The translations under genes were made by a program, and so were the position numbers. A stretch of 64,000 nt of DNA from Camelus dromedarius (lineage: Eukaryota): positions 41,728,001 through 41,792,000 of the forward strand of contig NC_087436.1 of NCBI RefSeq assembly GCF_036321535.1. The letters run 5' to 3'. Positions 26,343 to 39,700 of the stretch are shown piece after piece. Each line of letters starts with the position of its first letter. Within the stretch, counting starts at the first letter, position 1. The notes beneath the pieces are model-generated. The model saw only the letters and a program-made list of their open reading frames with translations. It was not told where the DNA came from and searched no databases.

Positions 26343-27329
26343 AAATAAACTCTAAAACATTCTAAAATATCAAATTAGCTAAACCTTTTGGGTATAGAAA
26401 TGTACATATATGACATTACATTAAAGCATCTTTGTAAATCATATTTATGTTCCATGATACATATATTTTGGGTAAAATATGAATAGAAATGATATATTCA
26501 ACTTTATCTGCACACTATTTAAAGACTTGAATTAAGTATTAAGAGTAAACCTAATGTAAGTATATGAATCTCATTGAAGTCTTGAAATGTGTGCAGCTAC
26601 AGTTTGATTTGATTTTAATTGATTTTTGTGTTGACTCTGATGACCTCCAATAAAAAATTTTTGTATTCACCAAAGTGATTTATGATGGTAGACTTCACTA
26701 TTACATAAATATTCTCCAAAGCATTAGTTATTAATGTAGTATGTTATTTCATTAAAACAGCAAATATAATCAATTTAAATCAGGTTTATATATTAAGTGA
26801 AAGAAAGGAAAGTTCCTAACTTCATGGGTTCAGAATTTAAATTGTATAATATAATATGATTGTAAAGAAAGAGCTAGTAATCTTAAGTTTTTACCCCTGT
26901 GCATACATCTAGGATATCTTATTTAATAAATTGTCCATATCACTTTATGAAAATATATACATAAATATCCACTAATTAAAGTGTATTTAAATAATTAACT
27001 GTAATACTATATAAATGAATTTAAACAACTGTCAAAATTTCAAAGTATCAATCTCTTGATTAAAAGAAAATTTTGAAGGTAAAAATACAACATCTTGGGC
27101 CAGGTACACAAAGGGACCCTAATGCTGCATATTATGCACAAATTGGTATTTTTAAGCTCACAGAAAAGAACAGAAATTTTTATTGGTCCAATAAGAAGTG
27201 ATCTCAATCAGTGTTAAGCAGTGAGCACATATAAAAGGGAGAGTTTCTGTAAGCATGTTGCTGGCAGCAAAAACAAAAGTTACCTATGAAACTTCACTTT
27301 GGACTCTGTGTCACAAGGAAGCAAAAGCA

Positions 27330-30220
27330 AATCGCCAGTGGAAAAAAGACTCATCAGTTTAGGTCTCCACATTTCTCAAGAGTTTGTAATCAATCAAATA
27401 TGAACTCAGAATCAAGAATCAGCTAATATACAAACAAGAAAAATATCAGGAATGAGAATTAGCCCAACAAAGGACAGATTTGGACTATCCAGTACTTTAG
27501 ATATTAAGATTATCTGCAATGTATGTATATACATTCCTATGAGTGGATGTTTAAAGAACAGAAACTTAGAATGACAAAAGTGAACAATCAATAAGCATAC
27601 TTGAAAAAGGAACAAAAGATTTTACATAAAAATATAAGTGTTGACAAAAACACTTAAAATTTGGATTAAATAACACAGCAGATATAGCTGAAAGAGAACA
27701 ACTCAATTGAAAGAAAATTCTAAAGAAATTACTCAGAGTGAACTGTTAGAGATAAAGAAAAGATAGAAAAAAGTGATTTGAAGTTATAGAAAATAAGTTC
27801 TAAACAAATACACTAAAAAGGAGAGACTTGAAAGGAGAGAAGGACTGAGAAATAATGAAATTATTCAGAACTGATGAAACACCTAAATTCACAGGTATAA
27901 GAAACACAAAATGGTATCAAATATAATGATTAAAAGAAACCCACACAGAGATGAATCAAAATATAACTGGATACAGGAATGTCTAAAAGAATATCTTAAA
28001 GCCAGAGAAAGAGAACTCTTTTTAAAGAACAATAATGAAGCTTTATAGGAAAAAAAAAATTTAAAGACTGTAAATGAAATAAAACTTTTCCAGATAAAGA
28101 AAATTGATACCATTCCAGAAATAGACCAAAATTAAAGAGAGTTTTAAAAATACACTTTAGGAAGAAGGAAAATGATACTATCAATGAGAAAAAATTAATA
28201 AATATAGGTAAATCTAACCATACCTTGTCTGTATAAACAACAATAATCATAATGTATTTTTGTTTGTTTGTTAAAGGTGTAAAACTCCTGGCTAAAAATA
28301 GCATGACATTTCATAAAATATTAATATAAGTTAGAGTGTTCTAAGGTCCTTACATTTCTTGAAATAGTGTTAAACTGTATGTGTTACACTTTAGAAAGTA
28401 TAATTTCTAAATAATAACCTCTATAATGAAAAAAATGTTAAGTTCAACTTCCCAAGGAACAGAAAAAAACTAGAGTGAAAGGTACAAATGTACAAAATAA
28501 TACCTAAAATTTTTCTTAAAAGCTAGAGAGTCGATGGAAACACAGTGAAGATGGAAAAGCAGAGAATAGCAGAAACAGATTTCAATAAACAGGTATTCTC
28601 AAATAAACTCTCCATTTAGAAGCAGGAAATTTTCAAATTTGACTTTTGAAAATTAGGGGTATGATGTTTATAAGAAAACTTCCTAAAGTTAAGAAGAAAA
28701 GAAAAACAGAAGAATAGCTACCAGGAAAATATTAACCAAAAGAAAGCTGGTCTTAACACTGTAACTATTATATAAAATAATGTTAAGAAAAAGCAGCATT
28801 AAGGGCATTATATAATGATTAAAGATTCAATTCATCAAGAAGTTATAACAATTCTAAACTTGTATTTCTTAATAAAATTGCCTTATAATATTTAATAGTA
28901 TGTAAAACAGGGAGAAGTGGGTAAATTCACTATTTTAGTGAAAAATTTTGACAATCCTTTCATTACTAAAAAATCACAGTGAAAAAATTAGGGAAGTAAG
29001 ACATAGTTGAATAATAAAATCAGTGAATGTGATTTGTTGAACATATGTAGAACCTTGCACCTAACAATGAGAAAACACAAATTATTCCGTAGCACACATG
29101 GGCTATTTATAAAAACTGACTGTAAACTTAGCACTAAAAACAGTCTAAAAATGTTCAAAAATCATTATCATACAGAACACTTACTCTACGTGCAATACAA
29201 CTAAATTAGAAGTCAATAGGATAATACAAGCAAAGAAAACAGCATCTGCTTTGGATTTTAAAAACATTTCTCTAACTACCTCAGGTTTCAAAAAGATGTT
29301 AAAACCAAATCAAACCAAACTATTATACATTAAAACTTGTAGGCTGAAATAAAATGGTGATGAGAGGGGAAATCTATAACTTAAAACGTGTGTATTAAAA
29401 AACAGAAAAAATAAAATGAAATAAGCTAAAGATCTACATTAAGATATTTGAAAGGAACTATAGAATAAACCCAAAGAAAGTAGAAGAAACTATAATAAAG
29501 TAAAGTACCGTCTATTAACAGGGGTAATTTCTATCAACAAAATAAAAAATAGTGATTAAGTAGAGATTGAAAAAGTAAATTTTTTGAAGAAAATAATGAA
29601 AAAGCAAAATTTCATGTTGTTTAATAAATTACAAAGGAGTGAGAAGGAACAAATAAAAAATTGGCATAACAATGGACAAAGCAGATACTGTATTTGTCAA
29701 CTAGGATTAAGTTTGCTGTAGTAACAAACAATACCAAATCGCAGAGGTTTACAGGAGCAAAGGATTATTACCTGTTCTGGTTAAATTCCTCATGGTTAGC
29801 TGTGTTTATCGGTTCCGAATCTTTTTTGTTCTGGAGTTTGCAGATTTCATGGCTAAGGAATTTAAAAGTGTTGTGATTTCATGCTGGCTCTTATGACTCC
29901 TGGGCACACATCATACTTTTTCATGTTTGTTGACCAAGGTCGTATGGCCAACTCTGTTGTCAAATGGGCCAGGAAATATAGGACATATAAAATTAGCATT
30001 TCTACAAATATTAGGATATGGATAGGAAGTCATTCCTATAGGGAATGATTGTTTAAGGAAGAAACTGGTAGGAAACTGAAGCAAATATTTTGAATAATTA
30101 TCACCAGCTATCAAAATAGATAATAATGCTATGAACTAGTATTAACAGCAGTTTGAAAACAAATGAAATTAATATATTCCTATATATATGCAACTTAACA
30201 CAACTGATTTGGTGATAATT
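27330..30220 (+). mobile_element. Large decayed L1 (L1ME/L1M5-like): ORF1 plus ORF2 endonuclease region, interrupted by an LTR at 29689-30106
   Basis: Very A-rich. ORF 29007 (NNKISECDLLNICRTLHLTMRKHKLFRSTHGLFIKTD) matches the L1 endonuclease motif DL.DIYRTLHP....YTFFSS.HG.F.KIDH. L1 sequence resumes at ~30110 (atcaaaatagataataatgctatgaac). Confidence 0.85.
29689..30106 (-). mobile_element. Old ERVL/MaLR solo LTR (LTR33/MLT1-like) nested in the L1
   Basis: tgtatttgtc...tttgctgtagtaacaaacaataccaaatcgcagaggttta...ttgaccaaggtcgtatggccaactctg; TG...CA ends. Confidence 0.75.
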
Positions 30221-32324
30221 AAGTCAGACTTTCCACATTTGCTATCCCAGTCTGGCTCTAAAAATTGAATTCTTGTTTTGTTCTCTCATGTGATCAAGAT
30301 CTGTTACATGTAAAGTGCTTTTCATTCTTCTACTCTGTAATGCACAATTTGGCTTCCTGCTCAGATACCTGCTTTCACACCACGACTCCCCCTGCACTGG
30401 AAAGCTGTCTCGTAACCTCCATTTTCTATGACTGTTTCCCAAATACTTAAGAAACAACAGCAGCATAAAGGTCAAAACAGAACAAAAGAGGTAAACATAG
30501 AGGCTAGGGACAGCACCAAAGGGATGGACGTACTTCAGCTGAATCCATGTACATAAGAAGAAATATCTGGGGAGCAAGGGGAGAAGTATCATTAGCTGAG
30601 GGATGAGCCTGCATGCAGGAGGACAGCAGTGGCCCTTCTCAGAAATGTCACACTGATATAGGCAATGGGAATGATTTTAAAATGAAATACTACGGTTTCG
30701 TTCATTGATAATCTGTTCTTTACTTGCATTCATAAAGAAACTGTTTTTATGGCTGATTAAATAATTAGATTCATCAAGTAAAATTTTAAAATACACAAGA
30801 AAACTATTTCTTATAGATGATCTTATAAAAAGCATATTATTTGAGCTTTATATACTTTTTTGTCTTATCTATTAAGTGGGGCAAAAATCACAGTAACTAA
30901 TAATTGTTGAAATTATAGGATTCACACCGTTGTCATTCAAATCTATTTGTATGTGTTTGAAAGAAAGGAGTTAAGCTATACTTTAGATAAAATGCATTTC
31001 AGTTAGAGCAGGGAAAATATAACAGAACCATGCATTATAAATTTACAGTAATGTCAGCACTTGTGCAGAGATGAGCACAGAGACCCTAGTCGACAGCATT
31101 GCCTTCAGTAGCTTGTGCATGAGCCCTATTTTCTACCATTTTAGGAGTTATGGTACTAAAAAATGGGAAATGAGCATGAATATCATCTTTTCTTCCTATA
31201 CCTGGGAAGATAAGCGTAATTCTTTTCCTTAAGATCAAGATCAGATGCAGTTGAGTTTCTGTGGAGTTGAAACACGTCAAAAGACTTGTTAGGGAGAACA
31301 CCAGGTTTTAAAATAATAGGCCTATGTGCACTTGCTCACTCATTTACTTTGCCTACCAGGAACTGCCAGATACTCTTAAATAAGCTGACAGTTATTGTTA
31401 AACAAAAACATATATTAAGACTCACAAAGACACAGAGCTGTTAAAGGAGAAATTATTTTATAGAAGGAGATGCTTAGTGGAACAAGATAGAGGTTCGGTT
31501 TAAGAGAATTAACTTGGGTAATGAGACTATTATAAGGTCCAGGTTCCTATTGTTAGCAAATGTCTCAGCTCTCCAGAGTTAAAGGTTGTGAATGCAATCT
31601 GTTATCTGTCTCCCATGCGTTTTGTGAGGTGAGTCAGTGTCTCACCTTCATTTAGAGATTGTAGCAGCTTTAATATTTAGCAGGACCTGCTGTCTGGCTT
31701 TCAGACAAAGAAATTAAAAAAAAAAAATCCCTCATTTGCTTTTCCCTCTTCTTTCCTTTCTGATAAAGAACCAACGCAGACCTGTCTCTAATCCACGGTA
31801 GTAAAATTTTGCAAATATTTTGCAGGTATTGCCTTTTGTCAAAACATATTATTCTGCAGTATGTTCTACTGTGAAATGAACATTACCCGATGGTAGGCAC
31901 TGTGCTTTTCTATTTATTATGCTCAGGACCTGAAATAAATACCAAATAGGAATGCTGAAGATTATGGTAATAATGCCAGGAAAGTTCTTAGAATACTCTA
32001 ATGAAATGCATTATTGGATTACAAAATAGTTAATTGAAGTCATCATCAGTATAATAGCTGATTCCTTTGATGTATTGCTTCTAGGCATGATTAAAGATTT
32101 AACAAGATTGGTCTTATATCCTGAGATGTGAAAAATGCCTAATCATTTGTTCAATAGTGTAAGGATTGTTTAGAATCAGAAAGCTAGGAAAATGCTGTCT
32201 GCATACAAATTAGCCTGACAAATTTATTTTCCAATCATAACAGCATTTCTCATTTCTAAGGAATACATATATAAAGAAGAAAGAATATGTACATTTTTAT
32301 TAAAAAGCATGCAATTTAACAGCT

Positions 32325-32515
32325 GAGAAAAATAGAATGGTATAGTCAGTATAACACGGAGACACACAGATTTGAGTTTCAGAAGACCTGTATTCTAGTC
32401 ACAGATTCTCTGCTTCCTTGCTGGTGCTTTTCAGAAGATTATAATATCCATCTGGATCTAGATCCCTCCTCTTTTAAATACTAACCTCCAAGTTGCTTCC
32501 AGTTCAAACCTTCTA
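32325..32515 (+). mobile_element. MIR3-like
   Basis: cagaagacctgtattctagtc...acctccaagttgcttccagttcaaaccttcta. Confidence 0.6.
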
Positions 32516-32774
32516 TATTATTAAAGTAATAAAACATAAAAATTCCACCTCAATATTAAGCTAAATTAATATAACCCAGGATATTTATTTCAAGGAATAT
32601 TATAACATTATCAGGAAAAAATAACTTAAGTCTTCTCATTCTTAAACATTATTCAGGATTTTAGGAAGGTTTTTGGATACAGACATCAAACTAATAAAAG
32701 CAGTGACTGAGGAAAAAAAGATTAGAAATCTCTAGTGATTGAACATTAAATACACACATTTCATTTCTCATAGT

Positions 32775-32985
32775 ATAAGTAACTAACACTTGCTGAGCAT
32801 CTACCATGTGCCAGGCGTTGTTCTTTATGAAGTGTGTGTTACTATTACACCCAGTTAACAGAAGAAAAACTGAGGTACCCAGAGCTTAAGTTACTTTTCC
32901 AAGTTCAAATACTAGTAAGTGAAAGTCAAAAGCAAAAGACAGACAGTCAAGCTACAGAACCCACACTTTTAACCTCTTAACTACA
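32775..32985 (-). mobile_element. MIR
   Basis: ctaacacttgctgagcatctaccatgtgccaggc...aaaactgaggtacccagagcttaagttacttttccaag. Confidence 0.85.
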
Positions 32986-33757
32986 GAACTAGTCTCACGT
33001 GTGTCCTCATGTGTTCTCACATGATCAAAAGCGAGGTAGCACAAGTTCTCATTAATCATTCCTTAATATCACTTAACAAGAAAAACATTTATTTGTTTGA
33101 ATTTTGCTCAAGGCAGATTATTTGGTTTATGCTACCTTCCCAAAAGAGAAGTACTTACCCAAACTGATTGTTAAGTACTAATGTTAAAAATTCTTTTCAG
33201 TATTTAACTTAGTAGTGAACATATATATATGAGACATAATGTAAAATATTGAGAGTTTTTTCCCTTTAAATAAAAATTAGCATTACATAGGTCTTTGATA
33301 TTTGATCTGTAAACATTTTTATTTTAAAGATAGATATTCGCAATAAAGGACAAATAAATCTGGGCGAATGCAGCTTCATTTAAAATCAAGCTGGTTATTC
33401 CATTATGCCTGGGGCTTAGCAGCCTTGAGGGTGGAAGTATTCTACTCTGAACTTCGTAAGTGATTATAGAAGTTTGAACCTGTTCACTAGAGGAAGTTTC
33501 CCATTTGGAAAGAGTTATTCCATTTAAATTGCTTTGTTTAGCAAGGCATTTCTGACTTCTAGGAAGTATTTGTGTGCATATATTTGTGATTAAAGAAGTT
33601 GAGTTGGAAATTATACAGTATTATTTCCATTTTATTCCCAAAGTCTAGGAATTTCTAGAATCAAGAATATCAGTACAAAGATTTAATAGTAGCTACCTAG
33701 ATTAATATATGTGTAGAACTGGGATTTTAAAAACTTGATCCTAGCTTATTTTTAAAG

Positions 33758-34824
33758 TTCTTGGCCATTTCAGTATTCAAAGTGAAATAATTTTTAATAT
33801 TTTATTATAATTAAGAATGTCAAATTTCTTTTCCTTCTTTTCAAATGAAATATGGGTTTCTCAAGGGTGTTAGGACATTTTTAATATAGTTTCTAGGAGT
33901 CACAATTTTTATTTTTACATTAGCTACCCAAGAGATCCTTGTCTTATAAAATCCATTTTTAAAAATCTGGGCTTCATGGTAAGGTGGAAAAATTAACCAA
34001 AATCACTCAGTTTTTTTAACCAAATCAAAATTACAAAGTATAGTAAAAAAATCAATTTAATAAATTTAAACATATATATTCAAAAATGTAACAAATAATT
34101 GTTAAATACTGACTACCTAGAAGACAGAAGTCAGTTTTGTTTTTTCATGCAAGAGATAAAATTAGTTTCGGTCTAAGTAATAATGAGAATTAAAGTAGGA
34201 AAATATTGTTGGTCCCCTTCATGAACCAGGGAATAGAATATGGAATATTACAAAAATTAAGTGCTATATCCTGTTCATGGTATAATACCTATCAAGGGCC
34301 AGACATCAGTTAAGAGGAAATAGACAAATCTAGTACTAGACTACCTAACAACGGAAAAAATTTAATATAATAGAAGAATTTCCTAATAATATAGAAATAT
34401 CTGGCAAATTATTGGAATTAATCAATAAGAGGTGAAGTACCTTGAGAATTTTCTAAATTTCTGCTAGTAACAGTGGATATAATTTCAGTGTAGAAGTACC
34501 AAAGGCAAAAGTCACTTTGATGTGTCTGTTGGCCTTTCAGTTAGTTTTGCATTTGGAATAAGATAGGCTTCATAGTTTCATACGAAGTCATGTCTCTGGA
34601 CCAGAATAATTTCCAGGTAAAGTGATACTTAACCAAACCCGGTTTAAAAAGTCTTTCCTTTGATGGTTATAGAGTCATATCATGTGGATTCAATATTTGT
34701 TTTCTTTAAATCACTGGTTCAAAATCCTTTCTCATTATATGTAATTTATTCCTTTTTTCTTGCATCTCTTGAAAATTCTTGGCCATTTCAGTATTCAAAG
34801 TGAAATTACTTTTGAATATTTTAT
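33758..34824 (+). repeat. Dispersed direct repeat of ~48 bp (33758-33805 and 34776-34824)
   Basis: 31 identical bases ttcttggccatttcagtattcaaagtgaaat in both copies, then near-identical a(a/c)tttt..aatattttat. Confidence 0.95.
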
Positions 34825-35274
34825 CTATTTTAAATATATAAATAGTAATATCTGTAGGATAAATATATTTTTCCCAATATGCATAACAATATTAAAGAAA
34901 CACATTCATAGGGTATAACATGGAAGACAGAGATACAATCATATATCTTTACTACTAATCATTGAAAAGCATGAATCTTTCCTGTACACCAGTATAATCC
35001 AATTTATGAAAACTTTCTTCAAAGAACACACAGTCTAGAAAGAACTATGGATGAGCCAAAACTTCTGTTAACATAGTTTGATAAATGTCTTGAGTGAGGC
35101 TATAAAGGAGGAATGCAATATATTAGATAACAGAAAATAATGTAAATATATAAATTCACAAATAATTGCATACCTAAATTTTAAATAAGTAATTTTTAAA
35201 GCAAATGCCTAATATATTCATCAAAATAAAACAAATAAGTGGTCATGAAAATATTAAAATTTAAAATAAACTCA

Positions 35275-35455
35275 GAAAGATTTCAATTTGATTCCACTAC
35301 TTATAAGCTTTGAGACCTAAGGCAAATTGCCTCATTTCTCCAAGACCCAATTAATAGCTTCATTGTTCAAAAAAAAATCAAAAATAAAACCTGTGACACA
35401 GAGAGCTGTTGAAGACTAATACCTGGTATATAACAAACACAGTTCAGTAAATGAC
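35275..35455 (+). mobile_element. MIR
   Basis: ccactacttataagctttgagacctaaggcaaattgcctcatttctc. Confidence 0.6.
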
Positions 35456-35527
35456 TTGTTATAGAATCATATGAGAAAGTTGCCTCTCCAGTTCCAAATG
35501 CAAAAGTTTATCAAAGAAAATCAAGGG

Positions 35528-35598
35528 GTGTGTGTGGCGTGTGTGTGTGTGTGGCATGTGTTTGTGTGTGTGTGGTGTATGTGGTGTGTGTGTGTGTG
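35528..35598. repeat. Imperfect (TG)n microsatellite
   Basis: Direct reading of the sequence. Confidence 0.95.
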
Positions 35599-36451
35599 TT
35601 TATTCAGAGATAGTATTTCTAGACCTTGTGATGCTGGCAGGAGTTGGTAGCCTTTTATATTCAATAGTGAATTGAATAGTGAAAGTGTTACAGACATTTT
35701 AACAAGTGAATTGTACCAGTATGTCATGCAGGAACTCAGAATACTTTTTTTCATATTCAGTCAAATTCCCTAAGAAGTATGGAAAGCAAATTGATATAAA
35801 TTGCATTTCTGGCTTTCTAAAATGTAATAAAAGACTCTAATGAATACATGCCACAGAGATCCACAATATAATAAGAGTGCTTCCAGTAACAATACACTAT
35901 AAGAGGTAACTAAAGTCAATTTGTGCATGAGTTTAACAATTCTCCTATGTGTTTAATCCTCCTAAATTTAATATCATTACAAATATATTATTCAAACGGT
36001 GAGGCATTTAGATTCCCTTATCTAATTCCCCTTGATTCCTGAACTACATTTGTAAGTACTGGGCCTTTCTCTGTTTTTCTCTAATTCATTTATGATGTAA
36101 CATAGTTCTTTAAAATTTCAGAGGCTGAGAAGTTTTAAAACTAAAGGCAGTAGGGGTTTAGGTGGAACAAACTCAAGGGAGGAAACAAACTTGGTTAAAA
36201 TGTATAGTGTTTATCAATAAATAGAGCGTAAATGTTATAAATGTGCATAACTTATATACATATATTTGGAAGTTTATGCAATTGATTATGGAAGATAGTT
36301 ATGTGAAAAGATTTATATGATAAAGTGTGGGTCTCAAAATTTAAAGAACTGTTTTTATTCATCAGTTGAGGTTGTGGTATAATTGCTCTACCAAACTATG
36401 TATCTCTTAAGACCATGCAGAATTTACTATGTTAGGTGTGCTTTCAGAGGA

Positions 36452-36938
36452 TGCCTTAGCCTGGGAAACCCTTGAAACAGAGCCCCAAACAAGGACTTAG
36501 ATGTAGGAGTTTGTTAGGAGTTATTCTCAGTGAGCAGGAGTTAAAACCTTAGAGAACTGAGGGAAGGAGGAAAAGACAGTAAGTGTGAAATGATGCTCAC
36601 TGCTGTGAACAGAGGCTCAATTTCAACTGGGATATTCAAAGGAGGGTACTGAGTGCCTCCTGAAAGTATCCACCTGAGTTTAAGTCTCTGCTTCCATCAG
36701 CACATTGGTTAAGAGGTGTTCTCAAGGGCACTGACTGCTCTTTGTTTTTGGGTTACTATTGAGAGTATTGGAGTAATTTCCATTTATGTCTGCAGCTCTG
36801 GAGAAGTCTTCAAACAGACAGGAAACCATTAGCACCAGGTGTCTCAAAAGCCCATGCAGAACCATCCACAAAGCCTCAGTTAGAATTGTATATGAGACAA
36901 AGAAGATGTAGAGTGAGGCACCCAAGACATCTGATATT
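36452..36938 (-). mobile_element. LTR16-type ERVL LTR (3' LTR of the adjacent internal remnant)
   Basis: aacagagccccaaacaaggacttagatgtaggagtttgttaggag...gaggcacccaagacatctgata resembles antisense LTR16. Confidence 0.7.
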
Positions 36939-38030
36939 TCCCACTACTTGTACCACTTTGGTCTTTTCTGTCATTGAGTTTTTGAATTGGGGGCTGTCTT
37001 TTGTATATAGTACAACAGACTACATGCAATGGTCATTGAAACAAAGTATAATTGCCACTGTTTGTTAGAGTCATCATTTTCTTCTTCTACCATTCATTCT
37101 AGATTTCTTTCAGCCTCAATCAGCAATTCAGCTGGCTAGACTGCTTTCATGGTGGGTTGATTCTTCCTTAAATATTCCCATAAAGCTCTGAGTTCTTTTG
37201 CCTTGTCCTTGCTAGGCTATGGTCACGACGAAAACGTGGGAATAACAAGAGAAAGTTCAGTGCATCCCCTGAATACAGGACATACTCCTGCCCACTTCAC
37301 GTAACCTCCCTAGCTAAACAATCTAGAAACTTTTACTAATATGGCATGTCTCTGAATTTTTGTAAGTTTTATTTCCCACAAGCAGACATCTGTGTATCTT
37401 AGCATGCATGACATACTAACTATATGACATTTCCTGCTCACTAAGTCCAATTTTCATGATCTAATTAGTGAGCCAATGTGATGTTCTGCAGAATGTCATG
37501 ATAATCAAGGTACTGCAGATTTTTTCTGAACAGAGAAAAGTATTGTTAACCTAGGCTTAGGGCAAGATAGTACATTCCCCTGTTCTTTTCACAAAAGGCA
37601 AACTGTTTTGGATCCTCCCAACTGACTGAGTGTGAAAAAATGTATTTATCATATTAATAGCAGCATAGTAAGTGTCCAAGACTGTCTTGATAAATTTTGG
37701 TAAAGATACTGCTTTCAGGACTATAAATGTGATAGGGGTTAACAAATTATGGTTTAAATTATGGTAATCCACTATCAATTGTTACAATACATCCAGTTTC
37801 TGCAAAACCAACACAGTTGAATTGAACATAGAAATGATAAAGATCTCATTTTCAACATCCCTAAAGTCTATAAGGGTAGATTAATCTCTTCTTGAGATGT
37901 ATCATTGCCTTATTTTACTATTTTGCTTGGTAGGAGTGGGGCAATTTCAGTTCCTTGCAATTGGTTTTTCCTACCACCTTAGTCTATCAGTTAAAGAGAC
38001 AGTGATTTTTACCAACACTAATTCCTCCCA
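36939..38030 (-). mobile_element. ERVL internal remnant with decayed pol (reverse transcriptase)
   Basis: ORF 37557-37778(-) IVDYHNLN..LTPI...YYAAINMINTFFH...TILP aligns by eye to ERVL RT (MTVDYRKLN..TPIAAAVPDVVSLLE..WYAAIDLANAFFSIP..TVLPQG); stops and frameshifts around it. Confidence 0.85.
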
Positions 38031-38169
38031 AGTAGCCATTTGTATCATTTCTAGTAAGGATGATTTTTATGGATAGCCCTGTGACCAAGTTCTCACCTTA
38101 AATTCTAGTTTCTACAATCTGGAACTTATCTTGCACACCCATGTGTGAAAAACAAGTCTAGGTGGACTT

Positions 38170-38340
38170 GCAGATGGGAGTATAAAGTCAGAAGACACTT
38201 CTGAAAGTCAGGACATGCAAGTTCTAGTCTTGAATCTCCAGTAAGCATGGATGTTTACTTTCAAGCAACTTTCTTGGACTCTCTGTCACTTTAGGATCTT
38301 AGCTACTAAACCAAGAGGTTGGACCAGATGATCATTTGAT
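38170..38340 (+). mobile_element. MIR3-like
   Basis: agtcaggacatgcaagttctagtcttg...gaggttggaccagatgatc. Confidence 0.6.
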
Positions 38341-38489
38341 CATTTATAGGAATATATTCATTACAGGAATGTGATACAGGTTTTAATCTGGTAAATATCT
38401 ATAATATTCAATCCACATGTAAAAAACATTACTAAAATAGGAAAGAATTGTTGCATATTCAAATTCAATCATTGCCACGTGAGGGATTA

Positions 38490-38720
38490 ATATTAACAAC
38501 TGATCCTCATTGACTGTTTACTGTGTTCAGTGCTTTATATTGGCTTCCTATTTTATTTTCTCACCAAAAATGTGAGATAAATGTTGTTATGATTCCCTTA
38601 CACAGATAATAAAATTCACAGAGAGGACAGCATGTCCAAGATTAATCAAATAGCTAGTAATCAATAGAAATATGATTTGAACCAAGGTGGTCCACTGCCA
38701 AAGTTCATACTCTGAACCTC
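38490..38720 (-). mobile_element. MIR
   Basis: cattgactgtttactgtgttcagtgctttatat...cacagataataaaatt...agctagtaa...gatttgaaccaagg. Confidence 0.7.
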
Positions 38721-39279
38721 TGGATTTTTTTTAATGGTTCATTTCTGCCAAAGTGGCAACTCTGGTAGCTCTAGTATGGGGATAAATTTCTTAATTTGGC
38801 ATTTATTCAGCTTGTGTTCTTTATTGTTATGACTGTTACTAAATAAAAACTTTGAAGAAAATAGTGACATAAAATATTTCTACAGAATTTTCTGGAGCTT
38901 TGTGAGAGATTTGAACTTTTCTTTCCTTCAGAAGAATGAGAGATCCAAAGACAGAGAAAAAAATAAAAGGGAAGCAGTTAAAAGGAGTATCTTTGCAACC
39001 TCTCCAGAATTTCTTGATTACTTCTCATATGGTCTAATTTTTCCCTGATAAGAAGCTGTGCTTGAGAGTAATAAGTACTGCATCAACTAAATACATCATA
39101 CTTGACTGTCTGCATGATGGCAGTGGTGGAAAGGAATCAAGTAGATTTAGGTTTCATCAACCTGCAGCTTTCCATGAACAGCAAAATGGAGTTAGCAAAA
39201 ACCACTTTTTGCACTCAAAAGAGTGAACAGTGAGGGAATATCAAGCGTGCTTGAGTATAACGTGCATTTCTTTAAACAG

Positions 39280-39700
39280 CTCTCGTCTCGTCCCCAACTC
39301 CTTCGACAGGAATAGCGCACCTCTACTGCACAAACATACACTGCATAACGTAGAGAGACGTTGTGCTAACCCTATACTACTGATAAATCTGAACAGTTAC
39401 ACAGCTGATCATATACTTAAAGTTCAATAAGCATCAGCAGACCTTATCTTCATATATATATACACATATATATATGTAATATTTATATATTTTAAATTTA
39501 GAACAGGGAAAAGAATGATTTTTGATAAAATCATTTTCTGAAAGTGGTATAGTGAAAGCTATGCTTCAGTTTAACTCTGAAAGCTTATTTGAATATTTTT
39601 AAGTGCCTCACTACTATCAAAAAAAATCAGCTATCTGATACATAGCACATATCTGCCCCATTATATTATATTTTGAACAATAAATTTGCCCATTTTCCAT
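39280..39700 (+). other. Candidate 3'-terminal exon of an unidentified gene or isoform (short coding tail plus 3'UTR)
   Basis: Acceptor tataacgtgcatttctttaaacag|; 8 CpGs in 39246-39360; phase-0 reading LSSRPQLLRQE*; AATAAA at 39679-39684 with GT/T-rich sequence downstream; no repeat resemblance seen. Confidence 0.35.

Noticed and set aside
30242..30592. 116-aa minus-strand ORF with a hydrophobic start
   Set aside because: No similarity to any protein I recognise and no convincing splice or promoter context.
33758..34824. CRISPR-like repeat idea for the 31-bp direct repeat
   Set aside because: Only two copies ~1 kb apart in mammalian DNA; no spacer periodicity and no cas genes.
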